From Thermodesulfobacteriota bacterium (GTDB taxonomy: Bacteria > Desulfobacterota_D > UBA1144 > Nemesobacterales > UBA2774), in contig OY729416.1 in assembly GCA_963422265.1 (NCBI GenBank), positions 512,001 through 576,000 of the forward strand: a stretch of 64,000 nt of DNA, in the 5' to 3' direction. The notes under the pieces were generated by a model that had not been told where the DNA came from, did not search any database, and was given only the letters and a program-made list of their open reading frames with translations. Shown here piece by piece: positions 57,752 through 64,000 of the stretch (position 1 is the stretch's first letter; each line of letters opens with the position of its first letter). Made by a program: the position numbers and the translations under genes.

Positions 57752-57973
57752 GTGACTGCTGAAACAATAAAACAGAGGGCAAACCCAAACAAGATGCACA
57801 GGGGTTCGCTTTATATACCGACTTTGCTTTATGAGAAGCTAAGGCTCCATTCATTTGTATCCAGAAAAAGTCAGTCAAAAATCATTGAGGAGGCAATTTC
57901 AGAATACCTTGATAGAGCTATGGCGAGCGAAGAACTCAACAATGTAACGATTATGCACCGAAAAGGTGATTAA
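57752..57973 (+). CDS. Ribbon-helix-helix (CopG/Arc-like) DNA-binding protein
   Basis: RGSLYIPTLLYEKLRLHSFVSRKSQSKIIEEAISEYL fits the RHH pattern. Start is probably GTG 57752 or ATG 57794. Confidence 0.75.
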   Translation: MTAETIKQRANPNKMHRGSLYIPTLLYEKLRLHSFVSRKSQSKIIEEAISEYLDRAMASEELNNVTIMHRKGD

Positions 57974-58012
57974 AAAATTCCTTGACGAATAATTTAATTG
58001 GGAGAATAGTCA

Positions 58013-58492
58013 ATGACGGTAAAAGATATAATTAAACTTTTAGTTGAGAACAAGGGATGGTACCTGGTAAGACTTCGCGGGAGCCATCGTCAGTTTAAGC
58101 TAAGAAATCATAAAAAAAGAGTTACGATAAACTGTAAAATGGAAAAGGTGATACATGAGAGTACTGTTGATCACATACTTAAACATTGCTTTGACACAGA
58201 TAGTATCGTTGTAAAGAATAATTATAAAATTACGATAGAAAAGTCTCCAAATTGCTACTCCATCCGCTGCGACGATCTACCAGGATGCGTTGCCGTAGGT
58301 GATACGATTAAAGAAACGAAAGAGCTTATGATGGATTCTGTCCGTCTTCATTTAGAAGGATTGAAGCAGGACGGGATTATATGTCCTGACCCTTCCGAAG
58401 CTTCGGCGCTCTTCAAGCTGGAAGAAGAGGATACCGTTACGACAAAAGACCTTTCTCCAGAATGGCTACTATGTGAAAACCAAGTGTTTTAG
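58013..58492 (+). CDS. Single-chain HicA toxin - HicB antitoxin fusion
   Basis: aa 1-59 are HicA-like (IIKLL..KGWYLVRLRGSHRQFK...RVTI...TVDHILK). aa ~70-128 are HicB-like (YKITIEK...YSIRCDDLPGCVAVGDTIKE...SVRLHLEGLKQDG..CPDP). One uninterrupted frame. Confidence 0.85.
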   Translation: MTVKDIIKLLVENKGWYLVRLRGSHRQFKLRNHKKRVTINCKMEKVIHESTVDHILKHCFDTDSIVVKNNYKITIEKSPNCYSIRCDDLPGCVAVGDTIKETKELMMDSVRLHLEGLKQDGIICPDPSEASALFKLEEEDTVTTKDLSPEWLLCENQVF

Positions 58493-58525
58493 CATGTTAA
58501 GCTTACAGAGTCGAGGCTAAACGCC

Positions 58526-59995
58526 TTATTTGTTCATTATATATTCCACAAGCGTCCTTACGCCAAAACCCGTTCCACCTTTAGGGCTCCAGTTGCTGCT
58601 TTTTTCAAGGAATGCGGGTCCTGCTATATCTAAATGCGCCCATGGCACGTCCCCTACAAAATTCTCAAGAAACATAGCGGCAGTTATAGCCCCACCCCAT
58701 CTGTTGCCTACGTGCTTGACATCAGCTACGCTGCTCTCTAACTCAGCTCTAAGCTCGTCATCCATAGGTAACTCCCACGTTTTCTCTCCAACTTTATCGG
58801 AAGCTTCTCTAAGCTTATCAATTAGCGTATGGTCATTGCCCATTATTCCAGCAGTGTAGTTACCTAGTCCTACGATGCAAGCTCCTGTAAGGGTTGCCAA
58901 GTCAACAATTTCATCCGCCCCGAGCTCGACTGCGTATGAAAGAGCATCTGAGAGAACCAGCCTCCCTTCTGCATCGGTATTAACTATTTCAATGGACTTT
59001 CCATTGTAAGCCCTTATCACGTCGTCCGGTTTATAGGCTTTTCCACCCGTCATATTCTCGCTTGCGGCAATCAAGCCATGCACCTTTACAGAAGGCTTCA
59101 ATATAGCGATAGCCCTCATTATGCCTATCACGGTTGCGGAGCCTGCCATATCCATCTTCATCGTGCGCATACTATCAGGCGGCTTTAAGCAGAGCCCCCC
59201 GGAATCAAACGTGATTCCCTTTCCTACAACTGCTATACTCTTTCTAGTCTTTTTTGGAGGCTCATATTCAAGATGTATAAATCTGGGTTCTTGATCACTA
59301 CCGCTGGATACTGCCATTAGCCCTCCCATAGCCTTCTTTATAATCTCTTTGAGATCAAAAATTTCGCACTTCAAATTAACCTCTTCCGCAACTTCCAACG
59401 CAATATCGCTAAGTTTAGTAGGGGTTAGATATATTGGAGGCTCATTAACTAAATCTCTAGCGAGGTTGGTTGAATCAGAGACAGTTCTTGCTAAGTCAGC
59501 TTCTCTATCAAAAGCATCTCCTTTTACGCTGCTTGATATACAGATTACTTTCTTAGTTTTATTATTGGATTTATGCGTTTTATATTTGTTAAACTCATAA
59601 CTGCCGAGTAGTAAGCCTTCAAAAAGCGCAGAAATATACCCACTCTTGCTGCAAAACAAGGAATCAAAAGCGATGATTGAACAGTAATTTTTAACCTTTT
59701 TTGAGGCAAGTGCAGCGACCTTCCTCAGATTCACAGACGAGAATTCTTGCTTATTACCAAGCCCGAGTAGTAGAACCCGTTCGGAACCGATTTTTCCAAA
59801 GGTGCTGTTTAACATAAGGCTCTTGCCAAGCTCACCATCAAATTTTTCATCTTTCGTGATAGCTTTAAGTTTGCCTTCTAACGCTTCGTCAATCTTTTTA
59901 ATTGTTCCTGTTAACTTTGCACCCTTGAATATCCCGACGACTAAAACGTCAGCCTCTATCTTTAGGATATTCTCTTTGCTCTGAAAAATGTCCAC
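58526..59995 (-). CDS. pepA: Leucyl aminopeptidase (M17)
   Basis: VGKGITFDSGG, MKMDMAG, NTDAEGRL, DLATLTGA, WAHLDIAG. Confidence 0.95.
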   Translation of the reverse strand: MDIFQSKENILKIEADVLVVGIFKGAKLTGTIKKIDEALEGKLKAITKDEKFDGELGKSLMLNSTFGKIGSERVLLLGLGNKQEFSSVNLRKVAALASKKVKNYCSIIAFDSLFCSKSGYISALFEGLLLGSYEFNKYKTHKSNNKTKKVICISSSVKGDAFDREADLARTVSDSTNLARDLVNEPPIYLTPTKLSDIALEVAEEVNLKCEIFDLKEIIKKAMGGLMAVSSGSDQEPRFIHLEYEPPKKTRKSIAVVGKGITFDSGGLCLKPPDSMRTMKMDMAGSATVIGIMRAIAILKPSVKVHGLIAASENMTGGKAYKPDDVIRAYNGKSIEIVNTDAEGRLVLSDALSYAVELGADEIVDLATLTGACIVGLGNYTAGIMGNDHTLIDKLREASDKVGEKTWELPMDDELRAELESSVADVKHVGNRWGGAITAAMFLENFVGDVPWAHLDIAGPAFLEKSSNWSPKGGTGFGVRTLVEYIMNK

Positions 59996-60191
59996 TAGTC
60001 AATCCCCCTCCTTAAGAGTCAGTTTAATTCCATCAATTATGATACATTATTTATACGTTAACCGATATTATTCTACTTGTCGGCTTCTTACTAATTAGCT
60101 TTGTATCAATTATTACACCGCTTCAAGGTTTGCCTATACACGCATATTTAATATATAATAAAATAGATTACTACAAAGAAGGAGGCAGCAT

Positions 60192-60644
60192 ATGCTTAGC
60201 AAACAGCTTAATACCGATCAGAATATTAGCTCTTTTATAGCTAGAGTTATGCTTGGTATCGTAATCTTGCCTCATGGCTTGCAGAAACTTTTAGGTATAT
60301 TCGGAGGGGCGGGATTCTCTGCAACTGTTGAGGGATTTGTCGGTAACGGCATACCTGCTACAGTTGCAGTATTAGTGATTATAGGTGAATCATTTGGAGC
60401 TTTAGGACTGATTCTCGGCTTTCTAACCAGAATAGCGGCCTTTGGGATTACTTTGATAATGTTGGGAGCCATGTTTATGATTCACCTTCCACACGGCTTC
60501 TTTATGAACTGGTTTGGAAACAAGGCGAGTGAAGGATTTGAATATCACATACTTGCAATTGGGCTCGGACTAGTCGTACTGATCAAAGGTGGAGGTAAGT
60601 GGTCAGTTGATAGAGCTATGACTAGAATTTTTCACATTCATTAA
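60192..60644 (+). CDS. DoxX family membrane protein
   Basis: PHGLQKLLG, GFLTRIAA, GFFMNWFG...GFEYH, GGGKWSVD. Confidence 0.9.
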   Translation: MLSKQLNTDQNISSFIARVMLGIVILPHGLQKLLGIFGGAGFSATVEGFVGNGIPATVAVLVIIGESFGALGLILGFLTRIAAFGITLIMLGAMFMIHLPHGFFMNWFGNKASEGFEYHILAIGLGLVVLIKGGGKWSVDRAMTRIFHIH

Positions 60645-60683
60645 GATTAATTAGTATCTACCACATTTATAAGCTGGAGATCG

Positions 60684-61853
60684 TTGATGATTGAAACAGA
60701 GAGAATGACAGAACACGTTATGGACCTAATCAGAATTGACAGTCCATCGAAGAAAGAAAGGGAAGTTGCATTGAAGCTACGTAAAGATATGGAAGAAATT
60801 GGGGCTGAGTGTTTTTTTGACGACGTGGGGCAAAAGGTAAAAGGCAACGTAGGAAATCTAATTATAAAACTCAAGAGTAATACGTATAATGTCCCCCCGT
60901 TTTTCCTATCCGCCCACATGGATACCGTAGCTCCTGGTGAGGGAATTAAACCGAGAATAGAAAACGGCGTTATGAAAAGTGACGGTACCACTATCCTAGG
61001 AAGTGATGATAAAAGTGGCATTGCCGTGATAGTCGAAGTTTTAAGGACCCTAAAAGAGAGACAAATTCCACACGGTGATATAGAAATTGCGTTTACTATA
61101 TGTGAAGAGATAGGGTTGTTGGGAGCAAGATACATAGACAACTCAAAATTCGACGCTAAAAGTGGCATTGTTTTAGACAGCAGTACCCCTGACCGTCTTG
61201 TTCTTAGATGTCCCTCGGCTGAAAAGCTCGAGTTCACTATACACGGGCTAGAAGCACACGCAGGGCTTTGCCCTGAGGAGGGAATTAGCGCGATACAAAT
61301 TGTGAGTGAGGCAATATCTAATATGAGACTGGGTAGAATAGACGATATTACCACTGCTAATATGGGTATTATACAAGGAGGAAGAGCAACGAACATTGTC
61401 CCCAAGTTAGTTCACGTTGTAGGAGAAGCGAGGAGTCACGGCGAGGATAGTTTGAAATCTCAGGTGGATCACATGAGGAAGTGCTTTTGCGACGCCGTTT
61501 CTAACTATAGGCTAACTTTGAAGGATAGCAACGGTTTAGAAAACACAACCTATGTAGCTAGATTAGATGAAACAATAGAGAGAAGTTATGACAAGATGGA
61601 CGTTGACTCAGGGTCTTTGCCAGCCAGACTTGTTGAAATAGCTGTAGAAAATCTTGGTCATAAAATACAGCACCATACAAGTGGGGGCGGATGTGACGCA
61701 AATTACTTTAATAAGATGGGTATAGAATGCGTTAATTTAGGTACTGGAATGTACGAATTGCACACGGTAAACGAATATCTTGTGATGGAAGAATTTTTTC
61801 GCTGCGCTTCTATTGTGTTAGAAGCTATTAAGTTGAATGCGTCTATGCACTGA
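60684..61853 (+). CDS. M20 family metallopeptidase (peptidase T-like)
   Basis: SAHMDTV, GSDDKSG, CEEIG, GGGCDAN, HTVNE. Confidence 0.9.
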   Translation: MMIETERMTEHVMDLIRIDSPSKKEREVALKLRKDMEEIGAECFFDDVGQKVKGNVGNLIIKLKSNTYNVPPFFLSAHMDTVAPGEGIKPRIENGVMKSDGTTILGSDDKSGIAVIVEVLRTLKERQIPHGDIEIAFTICEEIGLLGARYIDNSKFDAKSGIVLDSSTPDRLVLRCPSAEKLEFTIHGLEAHAGLCPEEGISAIQIVSEAISNMRLGRIDDITTANMGIIQGGRATNIVPKLVHVVGEARSHGEDSLKSQVDHMRKCFCDAVSNYRLTLKDSNGLENTTYVARLDETIERSYDKMDVDSGSLPARLVEIAVENLGHKIQHHTSGGGCDANYFNKMGIECVNLGTGMYELHTVNEYLVMEEFFRCASIVLEAIKLNASMH

Positions 61854-61910
61854 GGGTAGCGCACTTGATAGAGGTTCTAACCTTTTTCCTCTTAGAACAT
61901 TAAAAGAGAC

Positions 61911-62285
61911 ATGAAGAAAAAGGCGCTCATACTTGTAGATCACGGAAGCGTCGTGCAGGAGGCTAACGACGCTCTTGTAGAAGTCGCAGATATCGTAACG
62001 AAAAAAAACAAACTTGATTTTGATATAATACGTTACTGTCACATGGAGCTTGCCAAACCCACTATATCCCAAGCGTTTGACGATTGCGTGTCACAGGGAG
62101 CTTGCCAGATTATAGTGCATCCGTATTTTCTGGCTCCAGGTAGGCATTCGAAACAGGATATACCCAATATGGTAAAACAGGCTGCTGATGGACACCCTGG
62201 GGTGTCATATAAAGTTACAGAGCCTTTAGGAATACATGAGAAGATTGTTGAAGTAATACTCGAAAGGGTGAAGGATAAACAATAA
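61911..62285 (+). CDS. cbiX: Short sirohydrochlorin chelatase CbiX/SirB
   Basis: LVDHGS, MELAKP, HPYFLAPGRHS..DIP. Confidence 0.85.
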   Translation: MKKKALILVDHGSVVQEANDALVEVADIVTKKNKLDFDIIRYCHMELAKPTISQAFDDCVSQGACQIIVHPYFLAPGRHSKQDIPNMVKQAADGHPGVSYKVTEPLGIHEKIVEVILERVKDKQ

Positions 62286-62304
62286 AAAGTATGGACAAGC
62301 GTAT

Positions 62305-63993
62305 ATGAAAAAGCTTACTGCCCCCTTGCGTAAGATTCCGACTTGGCGAGATGTCCTTAATATAAGCACGATCCCAGAGATGCTTGAATATAGCGTAAAT
62401 AAATACGGAAATAATACGGCGTATTCTACGCCGAAAAACAAAGCAGTTTATAAAATCAGCTACAGTCAAGTTCTTGATACAATAAAAAGATTTGCAAGAT
62501 ACCTAAGGGAGTCGGGCTTTGAAAAAGGGGATCACATAGCTATTCTTGGACAAAATAGGCCTGAGTGGGGAGTATCATTCTTTACTGTTTCTTGGATTGG
62601 AGCAGTTTGTATCCCACTCGACGCTAGAGCCTCACTAGCAGACTACAAATTTATTCTAAATTTTTCATCCGTTAAAGCAATAATTGTTTCAAGCTCTCAT
62701 TATGAGGCAATAAAATCCATCGCTCACGAGCTCTCAGGATTAAAAGAGATAATCCTGATGGATAGTATTGAAGAGATAAGCAATACGTATTCATCAGGGG
62801 TAGAAATGGCAAGGATTGAGTCTGACGACCTTTTAGAGATTCTCTTCACGTCAGGGACGACAGGTGATCCGAAAGGGGTAATGCTGAGCCACGGAAATAT
62901 TATGTCAAATGTCTCGGATATACACAGAATCATAGGCTATGGAGAACAAGACACGGCATTCTCAATCTTACCTATACATCACTCATACGAGTGCACTGGG
63001 GGGCTTATAGCTATGTTTTCAGGTGGTGTGAAGGTATTTTACGCAAGAAGCCTGAAACCAAGAGAGATGTTACAAGACCTAAAAACCGCTAAGCCCACAA
63101 TGTGGCTCAATACGCCGCTCATACTTGAAAGGCTATACTTGAGAATTGAGAAGGAATTGTCCTCTCAAAAAGGACTAAAGCGTTTGGTAGCTAACGTTCT
63201 GCCCAAAAAAGTGCTGGGGAAGAGAATTAAACAAAGACTTGGGCTTGAAAACACTAGGTTAATTATATCAGGTGGAGCTGCCCTACCCGCTTGGGTTTCA
63301 TCGGGGTTTAAGAGCTATGGACTGAACGTTGTTCAAGGATACGGGCTTTCAGAAACATCGCCCTTGGTATCCGTGAACCCGCCGGATAACCCCAAATTTG
63401 ACAGCGTGGGAATGATAATACCAAGTGATGAAGTTGAGATCAGGGACATTGACCATGAAGGCAACGGTGAAATAGTAGTTAGAGGACCTAACGTTATGAA
63501 AGGATACTATAAAAACAAAACCGCAACGGATGATACATTCACTAGTGATGGGTGGTTTCTTACAGGAGACATCGGCTACTTTGATGAAGACAGCTATTTG
63601 TATATTACGGGCAGAAAAAAGCACGTAATAGTTACTAAAGGCGGGAAAAATATCCATCCCGAAGAAATTGAGGAAAAACTTACCAAATCTATATATATAG
63701 AAGAAGCCCTTGTATTTAGTCCCGACGATGTCAATATCCAAGCCTTAATATGCCCTAACACTGATGAAGTCAACGCCAAGTTGGACGGTATGGATATAGA
63801 TCATAAACCAGAAGAGGTTTGGGAAATAATTAAGCTTGAAGTTAGAAAAACTAATCAATTGCTTGAACATTATAAGAGGATAAGACACTTTGCTATAAGG
63901 TTTCAGGAGCTTCCAAAAACGACAACTAATAAGACCAAGCGCTACCTCTTTAAGGACTTAAACTTGACCACTGATATTAAATTCCATAATTGA
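62305..63993 (+). CDS. fadD: Long-chain fatty acid--CoA ligase (AMP-binding enzyme)
   Basis: FTSGTTGDPKG, QGYGLSET, GPNVMKGYY, TGDIG, GKNIHPEEIE. Confidence 0.88.
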   Translation: MKKLTAPLRKIPTWRDVLNISTIPEMLEYSVNKYGNNTAYSTPKNKAVYKISYSQVLDTIKRFARYLRESGFEKGDHIAILGQNRPEWGVSFFTVSWIGAVCIPLDARASLADYKFILNFSSVKAIIVSSSHYEAIKSIAHELSGLKEIILMDSIEEISNTYSSGVEMARIESDDLLEILFTSGTTGDPKGVMLSHGNIMSNVSDIHRIIGYGEQDTAFSILPIHHSYECTGGLIAMFSGGVKVFYARSLKPREMLQDLKTAKPTMWLNTPLILERLYLRIEKELSSQKGLKRLVANVLPKKVLGKRIKQRLGLENTRLIISGGAALPAWVSSGFKSYGLNVVQGYGLSETSPLVSVNPPDNPKFDSVGMIIPSDEVEIRDIDHEGNGEIVVRGPNVMKGYYKNKTATDDTFTSDGWFLTGDIGYFDEDSYLYITGRKKHVIVTKGGKNIHPEEIEEKLTKSIYIEEALVFSPDDVNIQALICPNTDEVNAKLDGMDIDHKPEEVWEIIKLEVRKTNQLLEHYKRIRHFAIRFQELPKTTTNKTKRYLFKDLNLTTDIKFHN

Positions 63994-64000
63994 ATTAGCG

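Noticed and set aside
60647-61405. 252-aa minus-strand ORF, and similar long antisense ORFs (37222..37806, 56916..57422, 16736..17182, 19158..19592)
   Set aside because: They lie opposite well-supported genes and have no motifs of their own.

Overview
Bacterial chromosomal window, moderately AT-rich and gene-dense. Gene content and protein style suggest a Desulfobacterota/Dadabacteria-like organism, which is inference only. Most of it is housekeeping: trkH, lspA, ribE, aroK, trxA, mqnC, glgA, eda, sufS/sufU, cobA-hemD, rsmE, a ccm cytochrome c maturation operon, alr, hflX, ptsH/ptsI, trpS, cysC, pepA, cbiX and fadD. Four accessory patches stand out: (i) 13.5-16.3 kb, an SGNH hydrolase, a 3TM-type holin, a decayed lipoprotein gene and REP-like hairpins; (ii) 37.8-39.9 kb, a type II restriction-modification pair splitting ccmA from ccmB; (iii) 51.5-55.7 kb, two unassigned small ORFs, a GmrSD-type nuclease and an exported ankyrin protein; (iv) 57.7-58.5 kb, a ribbon-helix-helix gene behind a 32-bp palindromic promoter followed by a single-chain HicA-HicB toxin-antitoxin fusion, the most unusual element. 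Also notable are a CHAD-ParA-CYTH operon (candidate polyphosphate-granule positioning module), two paralogous ~450-aa nitroreductase-fold proteins, and several oddities in the ccm operon. No rRNA, tRNA, CRISPR array, integrase or transposase was recognised. All family calls come from motif recognition, not database searches.
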